In this document: one piece after another, positions 1 to 20,204 of the stretch
Layout: each line of letters starts with the position of its first letter
Position numbering within the stretch: position 1 is the first letter of the stretch
Source of the DNA: Eledone cirrhosa
Lineage: Eukaryota
DNA: 64,000 bases
Assembly: GCA_964016885.1 (NCBI GenBank)
Contig: OZ024750.1
Span: forward strand, 21,390,001-21,454,000
Reading direction: 5' to 3'
Translations under genes and position numbers: made by a program
The notes under the pieces: model-generated
Seen by the model: only the letters and a program-made list of their open reading frames with translations
Told to the model about the DNA's origin: nothing
The model's database searches: none

Positions 1-19
1 TATTAGGTTCACGCTTATG

Positions 20-153
20 TTTATGTATGTATGTATGTATGTGTGTGTGTGTATGAGTTCATGCAATTGACTTATGTTTCGTCACTATATATATATATGT
101 ATATATCTGTGTGTGTATATATATATATATATACGTATATATGTGTGTGTGTG

Positions 154-207
<54 letters not shown>

Positions 208-217
208 CGTATATATC

Positions 218-258
<41 letters not shown>

Positions 259-808
259 ATAACTTTGGGTATGTATGCGCCCCTATACATACGCAACTAC
301 ATATATATATAAAATATATATGTATATATATATATATATGTATATGTATATATATATGTATATATATATGTATATATATGTATTTATATATGTATATATA
401 TGTATATATATGTATTTATATATGAATATATATATATGTGTATATATATGTATTTGTATATGTATTTATATATGTATTTATATATGTATATATATATATG
501 TACTTATATATGTATATATATATGTATATATATATATGTATATATATATGTATATATATATGTATATATATATGTATATATATATATATAATGTATGTAT
601 CTATGTATATGTATATATATATATATGTATATATACATACATATATATATATATAATGTATGTATCTATGTATATATATATATATGTGTATATACATACA
701 TACATATATATATATATAATGTATGTATCTATGTATATGTATATATATATAATGTATGTATCTATGTATATGTGTATATATATATGTATATATACATACA
801 TATGTATG

Positions 809-858
<50 letters not shown>

Positions 859-935
859 CATATATATATATATATAATGTATGTATCTATGTATATATAT
901 ATAGATATACATAGATATACATAGATATATACACA
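20..935. repeat. (TA)n/(TATG)n microsatellite array
   Basis: Direct reading: degenerate TA dinucleotide array with TATG/TGTA variants. Confidence 0.95.
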
Positions 936-1213
936 TAGATATACAGGAAGATATACGTGTATACACTTACGTACTTACAAAAGGATTCATACGTACCTGA
1001 ACTTATAGATATTTACACCTATACAGGCGGCATGATATATATTTCGTTTGTATCTAATCACAAACTTTTGCCCAATAAGATGCGTGTATGCACATACATA
1101 CAGATAAAAATTGTAGTAGACTAGCTAAAATTAAGATAAAAGCTTCCGTTCTGTCTTACACATACGGAGCCGCTTACACACACACACATATATATATATA
1201 CACATACACACAC

Positions 1214-1299
<86 letters not shown>

Positions 1300-1302
<3 letters not shown>

Positions 1303-1695
1303 ATAATAATTAATTTGAAGACTAAAATGCAAAGAGGACTCGAAATATATTTTATTATTACTGATTTCAATAATTTATTTACATTATTCTTAACTCTGAA
1401 GCTGAAAATACTAGTCTATCACTTCATTTATACCATAGACGTGGTTTTGTCTTTGCGTGTAATTGTCCTCTCACTCCACATAACGACGTATTATCTTCTC
1501 TTTTTTCCGTTCATTGCCACGGAACGTCTTCACGAACCAAAGTATCGTCTTCCTGTTTTCTTCGGTTGCAACCTTTTTCGAAATATTTACTTCTTCGTTC
1601 ACAGATTGATTTTTTTTATTTCAGAAGATCCCGGTAAGGGTGAAAGCAGCGATTCTTTGCTTAACCTTTAATCTGTTATTTTAATAAATAAATAT
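1300..1695 (+). mobile_element. Non-coding (TA)n-flanked interspersed element, family A (probable PLE pLTR-derived)
   Basis: Starts GTAATAATAAT..TGAAGACTAAAAT(G/C)CAAAGAGG and ends TTTAATCTGTTATTTTAATAAA. The same termini occur inverted at 41326-41549, and the 5' end recurs at about 29229. Confidence 0.7.
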
Positions 1696-1704
1696 ATATA
1701 TATA

Positions 1705-2234
1705 GGGAGATTAGCTAACCAGTGTAGAAAGGCCCTGAGAAAGACCCACTTAAAAATAAAGGTGGTAGAAAAGCCAGGAACCACCATAAAATCCCTGATC
1801 AGCAAAACCTACCCTTTTAAGAAAACCCACTGTACCAATAGGAAATGTATCATATGTAAGGTGAACCCCCGGATAAACTGTAAGACTAGAAACGTAGTCT
1901 ATAGAATAAGATGTACAGAGGGTACTTGCAGAAACATGACAACAACATATATAGGTAAGACAGCTCGTAGCATAGGTGAAAGGATAGACCAACACTGGGG
2001 GGAACTAAAAGGACGAAAAACGGGTCAGTACTATACGAACATGCTAGACAACAGCATGACGGTAACATAGACAACATAGAAATTAGAATAATATCTAAAC
2101 ATAGGAATGACCCAGCAGATAGGCAAATCAGAGAGGCCAGTGAAATAGAAATTAGAAGACCAAAGCTAAACAGAAACAATGAGTGGAACAACAACAACAC
2201 CAAAACAAACAACACTGACCTAAGAGAAGTATAA
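1705..2234 (+). pseudogene. Penelope-like element GIY-YIG endonuclease C-terminal fragment, frameshifted (Naiad-like by motif pattern)
   Basis: Translates KVVEKPG..YPF..CTNRKCIIC..NCKTRNVVYRIRC..C..YIGKTARSIGERIDQH. After a frameshift near 2015 it reads GSVLYEHARQQH..DPADRQIREASEIEIRRPKLNRNNEW, stop 2232-2234. Confidence 0.88.
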
Positions 2235-3968
<1,734 letters not shown>

Positions 3969-4575
3969 TCACACCTTGAATACTGTTGTCCACTGTGGTC
4001 TCCCCACACGAAACAAAGTATCATGAAACTTGAAGCTCCTCAAAGGGCAATCACGAAAAAGATAGATGGCATGTCAGACCTTGACTACTGGGGTCGATTG
4101 GAAAACCTGAAACTTTACTCACTCCAACGTCGCCGTGAGCGTTATATTATCTGCATGATGTGGAAAATGTTCCATCATCACTGCCCAAATGATGTTGGCA
4201 TCGCCTTCAAGATACACCCAAGGCTTGGGCCCCGTGCTATCCGTCCCATTCAAAAATCTAAATCGCAACTCATAACAACAATACGGCACAATTATTTCAC
4301 CTCAATCGGCCCTGCTCTCTTCAACATCACACCAGGACACGTCAAAACAGAAACTGACCACACAAAATTCAAGAAGTCTTTGGACAAATTCCTCCAAGTA
4401 ATCCCGGACAAACCACCCACACCCGGATATGTCTCCGCAAACAGTAATTCTCTTCTCGAATGGGCCATGGTGCCCAAATCCTGAATTGAAAGACTTCGCC
4501 AGGTGGTGCTATTAAGTTAGACATGGCCTGGGCCAATACTGGCCAAAACATTTCAAAGTTATTCAAAGTTAAGTT
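3969..4575 (+). mobile_element. CR1-group LINE, 5'-truncated: ORF2 C-terminus (3969-4484) plus 3' UTR and tail
   Basis: [61 protein letters not shown] is typical of the CR1/L2-group post-RT region. Ends in a TCAAAGTTA-type short tandem tail; flanked by (TA)n. Confidence 0.88.
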
Positions 4576-6898
<2,323 letters not shown>

Positions 6899-7123
6899 TA
6901 TATATATATGTATATATATGTATATATATACATATATATATATAAAATTAATAAATATTGCTCTACATGGCTGAATACAATAAATATAATCTGAGTTTTT
7001 CGAGTATTAATAATAATATTCGATTTGTTTGCAATTATGCGAAGAAGCCTCATTTTTATTTGTAAAGCCATGTCAGTAGAATGAACCCTTCATTCTTGCT
7101 CTTGTGTTGGCAAGTAACCAGGA

Positions 7124-7168
7124 CTGCAGACACTAATTTTTTCTGGGTATCACCCTTCATCAGTACAG
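7124..7168 (-). ncRNA. Hammerhead ribozyme motif
   Basis: Minus strand CTGTA-CTGATGA-A-GGGT(gat)ACCC-A-GAAA-AAATTAGTG-TC-TGCAG: stems I and II pair, GUC site, weak stem III. Confidence 0.6.
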
Positions 7169-7223
7169 CTCACTGTTCACCTGCCAACTGTCAGAGCTAG
7201 TGAAAATATATGCTATTTTCTAA

Positions 7224-7308
7224 AATATACAGTGACTGATCGGCCTGATTTGCATATTAGCAGACTGGCTGGTCAGTCAGATCTGCATATTAGCCGGATC
7301 AGTCACTG

Positions 7309-7312
<4 letters not shown>
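7224..7312. repeat. Short inverted repeat/hairpin next to (TA)n
   Basis: Arms ATACAGTGACTGATC / GATCAGTCACTGTAT with an internal direct repeat TGCATATTAGC. Confidence 0.7.
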
Positions 7313-7345
<33 letters not shown>

Positions 7346-7849
7346 CGCAAGCATCTGTACATGTACTATAGCAAAAACAAATGCAAAACGTTATGCAATA
7401 GACACCATTAACTAAATCAAGGCGGTGATTCTGCATGGTCTTGGTCAAATGACTGAAATCAGTATACTTTTACTGGTTTTAATCATTGGCCTATCTTTAT
7501 TTAATATATCACATCCAACCTACCACTTATTTATGTTTTATATCTAGTACGTACTTTATCGATCGACATTTTTGTCCAACCGCTATGCTCCGGACCTTAA
7601 ACACACACCTAAGCATCAAAATAGATACGGATACGCACACATGCACATACTAACTGCCTAGAACTAGCTATTGAAATGGCAAGAGCTCGCCCGTCGGATC
7701 CCGTCTCATGATCAACAACCGCAAGTATCGAGTATTCTATTGAGTAATGGTCTAGTTAGTTTTAAACTAGTTCTATACTGGTATATATATATATACATAT
7801 ATGAAAAAGTAAGTCCTTCATCAGTGACCCTCCAACCGTCCTAGGCATT

Positions 7850-8240
7850 TCATCGCTTTAAGGGCCATATACCTCAGGTTGGTGCGAACAACGGCTAAAA
7901 AAAGTCGTTGGGACACGTAAATAAAGGGGACGTTAGGGTGAACAAACAAAATGGTTTAAGCAACAGAAAGTGAGAAGAAAGAGACAAGTCCCAGATTTCT
8001 ATGAATATAAACTCGGTGAAATCGTGAACAAGAGAATAAAGACCATCAAACCTGGTTAAAATGTGAGCAAGGAAGGAATTTCGCACAGGTCTAACGGGGA
8101 GAAGAATACTGCATGGTTGCACATGGATTACATATTATAAAATTGTGATTTGCCAACGATCATTGGTATTTCATCGCATTAAAAATCATATACCTCAGGT
8201 TGGTGCGAGCAGTAACTAAAATAAGCTATTGGGACAAGTG
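7850..8240. repeat. Two diverged ~70-bp direct repeats (7850-7920, 8171-8240), probably degenerate retroelement ends
   Basis: TCATCGC..CATATACCTCAGGTTGGTGCGA..TTGGGACA occurs twice. Confidence 0.55.
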
Positions 8241-8565
8241 AGTCGCGTAAAGCGAGTGAGACAAGTAAACAGCATAGAAGGAAAAGCTAACCGAAGATGG
8301 GAAGAAAAACAAGCAACATGGTTATCCGATCATCATAATCTGGGTGAATTTTGAGCGCTCAGAAAACAGACCTTTCGCTGTGAATGGGATGTGAGAAAGA
8401 AAGAATCCCACTCCTAGCGAACGGCAGGAAGTGAGAAACAGAGAGTGAGTGAGTGGAAGTGCGAGGAAGAGGTCAGTCGAGAGAAAGTGTTAACTGATAG
8501 AGGGGACGAAAGAAGGTAAGAGAAACAGAGAGAACGGGGGCGCAGTAAGAGAGAAATAGAGAAAC

Positions 8566-8638
<73 letters not shown>

Positions 8639-9021
8639 TATATACGTATATGTATGTGTTGTGTGGGGGTAAACTGCCTATTAAGTAGCGTTTTGTTCAT
8701 TTTTTGTTGTTCATTCTACCAGACACGCACATATATACAGACGCCTCATTAAAATCGATATATAACTTATCTTTAATCTTGATGTTTACATCACATCATA
8801 TTCTCCTCTTTATCACTTTGACCCGTTCTCCCTTTCCTTTGTTATACCTTAATCGACGTGTTGCACCTGCCCCAATCTACATTTATCACTTTCTCTGTAT
8901 CATGTTAGCCTGCTTTATTTTTCTCACTCTGTTACTCTCTTTATCTCTTTGATTATCTTCTACATATTCCCTCGTCTCCCTCCTACTTTCAATGTTACCC
9001 CTTTTCAAAACCTTCCTCTCG

Positions 9022-9057
<36 letters not shown>

Positions 9058-9752
9058 TTACCACTTTGCCCATTTTACTCCAACTCCTCCGTCTGTTGCC
9101 ATCATCATCGTCTGTTACACACTCTGTCTCATATTTTCTCTGGATTCCCACTCACTTTATCTATATCACCGTCTCCCTCACTCTCTCTCTCCTTAACTCT
9201 CTTCCAACATCTCTATATTACCGCCTCCTATCCTCTCCCATATCTTACAACACAATATCTTTCTATTACTTTGTCCTATTTCTATCTTCGGCTCTTACCT
9301 ACACACTATTCCTCAATATCACTTTGTCTCTGCTCCTCTTTCGCCACCACTCTCTAACATCTCTCTCCATCATATCATCACCCCGTGCCTCCTTCCCCCC
9401 CCCCCTCTCTCTCTCTCTTTCTCTCATCTCATCACATCTACCAGCGTTATTTTCTATTCAGCATTAAACTGATACACGTACAGAGCCATTCTTTACGCTT
9501 CAGCAAAAAAAAAAAAATGAGAGAAAGGTCATCAGAGGCGCAGTTTCAATACGTTGATCAGGGTCTTGAACAATACGTATGTCAGTGCATATATATATAT
9601 ATATATATAATAGTGTGCGCGTGTATCTCTGTTTGTATGTATGTATATATATATATGCTTATATATATATACATGTATGGGGTACATGCATGTAGGTACG
9701 TATATATTTACACACACATCAACACATACACACACACATACATACCTATATA

Positions 9753-9816
<64 letters not shown>

Positions 9817-11999
9817 CAAACAGAGATACACGCACACACTAATATATGTATATATATATATATTTGTGTGCGTGTGTGCATTGCATGAGTAAGCTATCCG
9901 TGATAACATTTAGAATAAAAACAAAAAAAAAGTCAAACTATAATACTGAAGAAAAAGAAAAAGCAGCAATTCTTTTGAAATAAATAAAAAATGGTGAACA
10001 AGAGACTTGGTTCATGGAATATAAGTAACAAATGCGAATCCAGAACAGACTCTGCTAACAAATACTAACTACCAAACTCTTCAGTCGAATTATGTTGCCA
10101 TTGATTCCTTTTTACTCACTGCAATAGAATTATCCATAAGATGTATCATGTGCAAAGAGGATAAACGCTACATTTGAATAGCTTGTTGCTGTTCAACTTT
10201 CAGATCTTGGCATTATTTCTTTTTTTAATACGTTTGACTACTTACCTTCAAACTTCCTTTGTGTTGCGTGCCTTTATCTACGACTTGCACATCAGTCGAG
10301 AAAATAATACATGATATGACCAAGGTGTAACGAATCAGATACATACCTACATTCACACATAATATATACTTACAGAGAAATATGTGTGTGTATATATGTG
10401 CATGTTTTTAATGGTGATAATTGACCCCACAAGCGCTCAATGTGTTTCATGCTTGTGCATGTCTGAGTTGGCGAAAATATTTGACACAAGTAAATAAATG
10501 ATACTATATGAATCGAGTTGTCTTTCTGGGGTTTACACTTGCGTATGTGTGGTTTACTTTGAGTATCTCCCGCCTCTCTCTCTGTGTCTTTCTCTCTCTC
10601 TCTTTCTATATATATATATATGTATATGTGCGTGTGTGTATGTGTATTATCGTAAATAACTTCTCATTACAGTTGCTTGCTACTTAATACTTCAAAACCT
10701 GCTTAGATCATAGGGAAACTGTTTACATGCTCGTGTTGCTTATCTTTCAAGCAAAACTAAGATGGCTGATGTTGTTTCAAACATGAGATCTCGTCAAGGG
10801 TAAGGGAAGTAATATTAATGTAACAATAATCTTGATGTAGTATAGTGGTCTTATGTATCCTTGTGTCTGTATGTTTCCACACCGAGAGGAAATGTGATTT
10901 ATCAGAGCATTTCGAATCCTATAATATCATTGCTTTTCCACTCAGGCAAATTGAACACTCCTGTGCTCCTTTAATGTAAGAGCCTGAACAATCCACGGAG
11001 TTATATGTGAAACAACGGCAGCAATCTTAGTGTTGCCTGGAAGATAAGCAACACTAGTATTTATGATAGTTTAGTCTTTAAAACCTTGTGTAGCAAACAA
11101 CAATGTTAATGGATTATTTATAATGCTATATGCTGGTTCTGTATTGAACATAGAACAATCGTTCTCCTTTAACTAGAAATCCACAGATACATATTCATAA
11201 ATCATGAATATTTACACACTCATTAATATTAATCCACGTCGCTCACACTCACAAGATTAAGTATATATCTCCTTATATAAGGGGAGAGAGAGGGGAGCAG
11301 ATGTGAAAATAAGAAATTGGAATTAACCCAAGCAATGTAAATGTGCTTATATCATAGCCTTATCGCAATTTTGACTTCAATCTTTAACATTTACCCTATT
11401 TAATCTATACAATTAGTGAAAAGACAAATCTTTCTTTGAATACTAATGGCTTCGTAATTATCCTTTTCCGTCTTTGTATTAAACTCTTTCTGTTGCCATA
11501 GTCAAATTGAATCATTAAATCGATTGTCATTATTACGACACAGCAGATATAAACCTTCGTGTAACTCTCTTAAGAAATGCAAATCTACGTATTCTGCTAT
11601 ACTTAGTATGAAGGGTAATATTAATCTGAGACTACAACAAAGAGACGTTAACTTTTTTCTAACTATATAATCATGTCATCATTGGATTTGCATCTAAATA
11701 TTGTATTTAACGTGAATAAATGAAGGGTATTTATTCAGATAAACTGTTTGCTATAAATAGCATTCAAATTTCCCTAAAACCCCACAACAATTATTTAGAG
11801 AAATGCGCATTAAATAATGCTACGGTAGGCCTGAACAAAAGATCACTACGGAAATTTCTTCGATCAGGGAATATTATGGACGAAATACTAACATCAACTA
11901 CATGTTCTCACATAATTTCGTTACATCATATTTTAAACATTCTGAGTCATAAAGTGAGCCTCTTATATTGTCGGTTGACTTGCCAGAAGTGGTTCTGTT

Positions 12000-12950
12000 T
12001 ATGAGTGTTAGTATTTGTGGGTATGTTTGTAGTTTTGTGTCAGATTGTGGGTAATTGTTAATGGTTCTAGGAGCATAATAAACATTATGTGAAGGAGTTA
12101 GTGATTCTGTGAGTTTTTGTGATTGTATGAAGATATTAATGTGTGTGAATGGTAGTAGGTGCGAATGGGCTATTGTGGCTCTAGGTAAGTGTTAATGCTT
12201 GGGAGTAATAGCGGTTGTACAAGTGAATTCGATAGTTTCTGATAGTAACGTGAGATATACATTAGTGTTACTGATTGTAAAGTGTGTACTACTGGCAGAA
12301 AGAGAATGTTACTGTTTTTTCAGTTATTGTAAGGGAATGTCAGGAATTTTGTCTATGTCTCTAAGTCTGCTTATGTGGGATTGTGAAGGGAGTATTAGTT
12401 CTTGTACGTTATTGTTAATGTTAGCTATTGTAAAGTGTGTGTTAATGATAGTGTGTATGTTAATGATTGTAAACTCTGTGTGTGATAGTGTGTATGTGTT
12501 AGTGATTGTAAAGCGATTGTTAATGATTTAAAATTGAATGTTATTAATTGTAAAATGTGTCTTAGCGAGTGAATGTGTGAGTGTATGTCTAAAGATTAGA
12601 GGTTTTAAGGAGTATGTCAGCGAGTATATATAGAGTGCGTTTGTGGTTGCAACGTTATTGACAATGCTTTGTTATTGCAGTAAATTGTTTAATAGTAGCT
12701 GTGTGTGTGTGATTGTAAAGTGAATGTTAATGCGTTTGATAGTGTGTGAATGCTGGAGATGGTAATGTGATAATGTGTGTACGATTGCTAGTGATGCTTA
12801 GGTGACTGTGTGTTACTGTATACATGTATTAGTGATTGTAAAGTTAGTGAGTGGAATAGTATATTAGGGATGGTAAAGTTAGTGTGTGTTATTAAGTGTA
12901 AGCGGGTGGTAGATATAGTGTAGAAATGGTAAAGTAAGTGCATGTGATGT
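12000..12950. repeat. Degenerate TG-rich minisatellite-like tract
   Basis: Recurrent GTGATTGTAAAG(TGTGTGTTAAT)-like units with strong G/T skew. Confidence 0.6.
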
Positions 12951-13065
12951 CTTGTCACAGCTCAATAAAACAATGTTTTTCTTAACAGAGTTCACATAAA
13001 TTTTCTCTAATTGACCTCCCAATTGTTTATCCATTAATCGCTAAACTAAAGAACGAATTGATTTT

Positions 13066-13108
<43 letters not shown>

Positions 13109-13164
13109 AGTTTTGATGTTTTTTGTATGTATTACTTCATTCACTCTCATGTATATTTTATGTA

Positions 13165-14230
<1,066 letters not shown>

Positions 14231-14590
14231 GGCGCGCGTGTCTGTGTGTTTATGTGTGCGCGCGCAGGAGTGTGTCTGTGTGTGCCTGTGTGTGTGTTTC
14301 TGTATATGTGTGTTACACTAGAGCTCTGAGCTCTTTCCCAACCAGATAGCAATGAAATGATTTATTAAGTTATTCTCAGACTGCACTTGTCTAATTCAAT
14401 TTACAGTGTGTGTTCTCTGCTTGCTCTCTAGTAATCATATCTAGTTTGCCTTACAGCCGAAATTAAATTACATGTCCTAATCAAAAAGTCGAAACATCAA
14501 TAATGATAATTGTATAATAATGTGTGTATCATTTTAATCCCTGATTAATATTCTGTCTATTTAATTCTTTTCTCTTTGTATATATCTGTG

Positions 14591-16067
<1,477 letters not shown>

Positions 16068-16659
16068 AAGTGGAATGAATATGTGTGTGTGTGTGTTTAT
16101 CTATGCATTTATGTGTAGTTGCATGGTTGCCTTTGTATTTGTGTGTGTGAGTCTGTCTCTTTCTGTGTATGTATGTATTTAAGTATGTGGTGCGCACGCA
16201 GACGGAAACACAGTCAGTTATATTATCATTCTCCTAATTATCTGTATATGACTATTTCATATATGTTCTACTGATACATACACTTGTTTGTTCGAAATTA
16301 ATCTTTTTGCGTCTTCATTTACAAAAAAATCCTACAAATAATCAAAGTGGAAATTATGATTATCCTTATATTCGGTGAGATATATGGGGTACCGTGTGTG
16401 TTTTGTTTCTTATACATATGCATCAAATTGTTTGCATTGGATATAGAATGTCTAATAAAGGCAACGAAACCACTGTTACTGAACGTTGATCCAAATATTT
16501 TGATCTTAAACCTTGTGCTGTGATTATGCATTTCATTCGTTTGTACCGGCCAATGGTTGACAAAACAAACACGTGATTCCTCTCCAAAAATATATATTTC
16601 CAGTTCCCTCTTCTTCTTAATCTCGTCTACATTTCTATTCCCTCTTCTATATCTCATTT

Positions 16660-16698
16660 ATTTACTGATGAAGAACTAACCTTCGAAACGTCAAGTCA
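16660..16698 (+). ncRNA. Minimal hammerhead ribozyme motif (degenerate stem I)
   Basis: CTGATGA-A-GAA(ctaacc)TTC-GAAA-CG-TC: intact core, GUC site, palindromic ACGT stem III. Confidence 0.55.
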
Positions 16699-17329
16699 TA
16701 TTTGTACTATATCAATCGTTAATTTTATATATATCTTCAGTGTACTGTATATTTTCCTTCTCATGTTTATCCCTTTATTTTACGTATACACAAATATACA
16801 CACATATTTATGTTGGTGGGTGTGTGTGGGTGCCTCTCGGTGTGTATATAGAGAGAGAAAGAAAAAGAGATAAAGAGAAAGAGAAACATCAGAGAAAGAC
16901 AGACACAGAGGGGTATTAATGTTAACTACATACACACATTGGCATTATAATCTTATCCAGACATGTGTCTATTCACATAAATTATATGAAGGATACATAT
17001 ATGTAATTGTTGTATAGATATGAATTATATCATGTGTATAATGCGTTGGATCTATACAACGATCCCATGTATAGTTGAATCATGCATATGTATAGTTGTA
17101 TCACGGTTACTTAGAATCATATCAATGATATATAAATATGCATTATGGATATATAATTTAGAATCAGTCCGATATGTACGATCAATGGACGCCGTTTGAC
17201 TCATTAATATTGACTTGTTGGTTGGAACTGGTAATATACTATATGTTGTTAAAAGTATATATCAATATCAAACATACACATGTTTTGTGTTTCGTGAATG
17301 TTTCAGTATGCAGTTATGTATATAGTCAT

Positions 17330-17700
17330 GTGGACGCAGCTTAATTGAAGGATTAAGAAGTTTACTTCACACTCATGAGGTATCAGGTTCCGATCCCATT
17401 GCACAGGTGATTAGCTAAGTATTATTTATCATAGTCGATCCAACCGAAATAGGGAGAAGGTTGGTAGAAAGCAGCTGTTTTGAAGCCTGTTGGATGAGCT
17501 CTACTTGTATTTCAAAGAAACGACCAGCTTCGCTATACACTGCTACATAGAGTCTCCATAAAAATTAGGTCATGATGAACGTGGCTCTTACTTGCTCAAC
17601 TACTTGCACGTGGATCTTAGTTGCTCAACTACTTGCACGTGGCTCTCAATTGCTCAACTACTTAAAAATAAGCTTATTTTCCTTTGATCAAACAACTGCA
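17330..17700 (+). mobile_element. Degenerate tRNA-derived SINE with three ~29-bp tandem repeats (17580-17662)
   Basis: B-box-like GGTTCCGATCCC near 17386; CGTGGCTCTTACTTGCTCAACTACTTGCA repeated about three times. Confidence 0.5.
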
Positions 17701-18430
17701 AATAATCGTCGTTGGAACTGACGGATGTTTAGCAATGAATATGCCGTGGTAAGGAGTACATTGTGTGAATATGAATATGATGATATCTATGGCACTATAT
17801 ATATAAACTAACCTTTTATACGATATATCTACATATGTTGTACAGAAATAGGAACCAAGGTCGGCATAGAAGGAACATTATAAGAGTATTATGTTTTTCA
17901 AAGATAATATTTATGATGAATGTAAACGTACAATGTAAATTCACAGAATGTTATGCATTCTATCATCATATTTATGTTAATTACATTGACTCTAGAGAGT
18001 TGGAGTCAGTATAGACCCAGCTGGGAATTGAACTCAGAAAGATGAGTCATCGAACGGCTGATGCCTGATTTCCCTAATCATGTAAGCCATATCTCTACTG
18101 ATTCTGAAACCTCCAATAACCCTGCTGCAAAAGGCAAATTAAATAAATTCGTTGTTATATATACATATATGCATAAATACATACACACACCCACACACCA
18201 CCCCCAACCCCAAACCCCACACCCCACACACACATATATATATATATATATATCAGTAATGATGATTATACATCTATTCTCATACTCCAGCATACATAGA
18301 GAAATATTGATTGGGAATACAACATCAACAATTGTGTTTGTAATGCGTGTATTACATATATAATCTGATTTCAAATGTTTACCAAATCGATTACTATGAA
18401 ATAATACGGTATGTATATATATATATAATG

Positions 18431-18513
<83 letters not shown>

Positions 18514-18739
18514 TTATAAATATTTATATATACAGGCATTGAAAAGGGGAGAGATAGCAGAATACACACACGAGAAAAGTGTGTGCATTCTACCCAGGAA
18601 ATCATATAAATTGGTAACCTTTAATGTTATAGATAAGTTTTCCTCGGAGTGAATTAGTAATCCAATATATATATAGGTCATAAATGTAAGCTTATATGAC
18701 GTATATATAAGAAAATAAGGGGAGAAGTTAATGAGAATA

Positions 18740-18900
18740 AAATGAGATGTCCTACACGAGTGAAAGTATAAGGAAAAAAGATGAAATCGAAATGCAACTG
18801 GAGTCTTTTTAAGAATATTTATTTGTTTCCTTTACCGGTTTCACAGTTCTTATGCTTTTCAAAAGTAGAATTGAGATGGAGGGTTTGTCGTTATGCTCGC
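18740..18900 (-). mobile_element. Solo pLTR fragment of the PLE at 46770-48390 (family C), with degenerate HHR 18829-18866
   Basis: Aligns with 46800-46960 and with 21490-21700 (reverse complement). Confidence 0.8.
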
Positions 18901-19191
18901 GCCTGTCTTGCATTGATATTTCAGAGTGGAGTTTCATTGAAAATTATTTTCTTGGTAAATATAAATATATGGTCGGGGTAGAGGATATGGGTTTGTGAAG
19001 TGAAAACGAAATACAAATGAACAAATTTAAAAGTATGAACAAATTGCACTCCAAAGAAAATTGCTATACAATAGATACAATTATATAGATATTGGGTTAG
19101 AGCTTGTGGTTTTGATCCATAAACTACTTTGATAGGTTTCTAGGAACCCGGAAAGATATATCACAAGTTGCATTATGTATATGCAAGTTCC

Positions 19192-19231
19192 ACCTGTTCC
19201 ACCAAAAGATACATCTTTTGGTGGAACAGGT
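19192..19231. repeat. Perfect hairpin with 19-bp arms
   Basis: ACCTGTTCCACCAAAAGAT-ac-ATCTTTTGGTGGAACAGGT. Confidence 0.9.
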
Positions 19232-19350
19232 ACCTCCCTTCGTCGGCAGATTTTCATTCCAGAATATCCGACTTGGTCCCGTCGCTCGTCACGGGCCTTT
19301 CCCCCCAAAAGAGGAAGGTCAAACCTGTCGAACGTTTGGTGGATAAATTC

Positions 19351-19354
<4 letters not shown>

Positions 19355-19420
<66 letters not shown>

Positions 19421-19504
19421 ATATATTATATATATATTATATATATATTATATATATATATATTATATATATATTATATATATATATATATTATATATAT
19501 ATAT

Positions 19505-19568
<64 letters not shown>

Positions 19569-19704
19569 ATATATTATGTATATATATATATTATATATAT
19601 ATATATATATAATATATATTATATATATATATATATTATATATATATATTATATATATATATATTATATATATATATTATATATATATATATATTATATA
19701 TATA

Positions 19705-19751
<47 letters not shown>

Positions 19752-19922
19752 ATATATATTATATATATATATATTATATATATTATAAATATATATATAT
19801 TATATATATATATTATATATATTTATATATATATTATATATATTTATATATATATATATTATATATATTTATATATATATATATATTATATATATTTATA
19901 TATATATTATATATATTTATAT
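19355..19922. repeat. (TA)n array with TT interruptions
   Basis: Direct reading. Confidence 0.95.
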
Positions 19923-19990
19923 TAACAATTTCTCCGCATTCATAGCCTTGTGTAGATGCTACAAGTTATGAATTATTTTATATTACTAAA

Positions 19991-20024
<34 letters not shown>

Positions 20025-20204
20025 CAGTTCAAGAGTAACCAATCTTAAAGAGACAGATGGAGATAGGAGAGGAGAGATATGAGAGGCGACATTGGTGAAT
20101 TAGTTTGAAGCCAAAGCGTAAAGGCATGTGCTCAATGTGCAATATGCAGTAGAAAGCAGCTAGGTGGCTGGGTTCATGCAGAAGTTAGGTGCGCAGAGCT
20201 GGAA

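Noticed and set aside
7815-7830. CTGATGA on the minus strand as an HHR core (also CTGACGA at 52253)
   Set aside because: No stem II-GAAA-UH follows.
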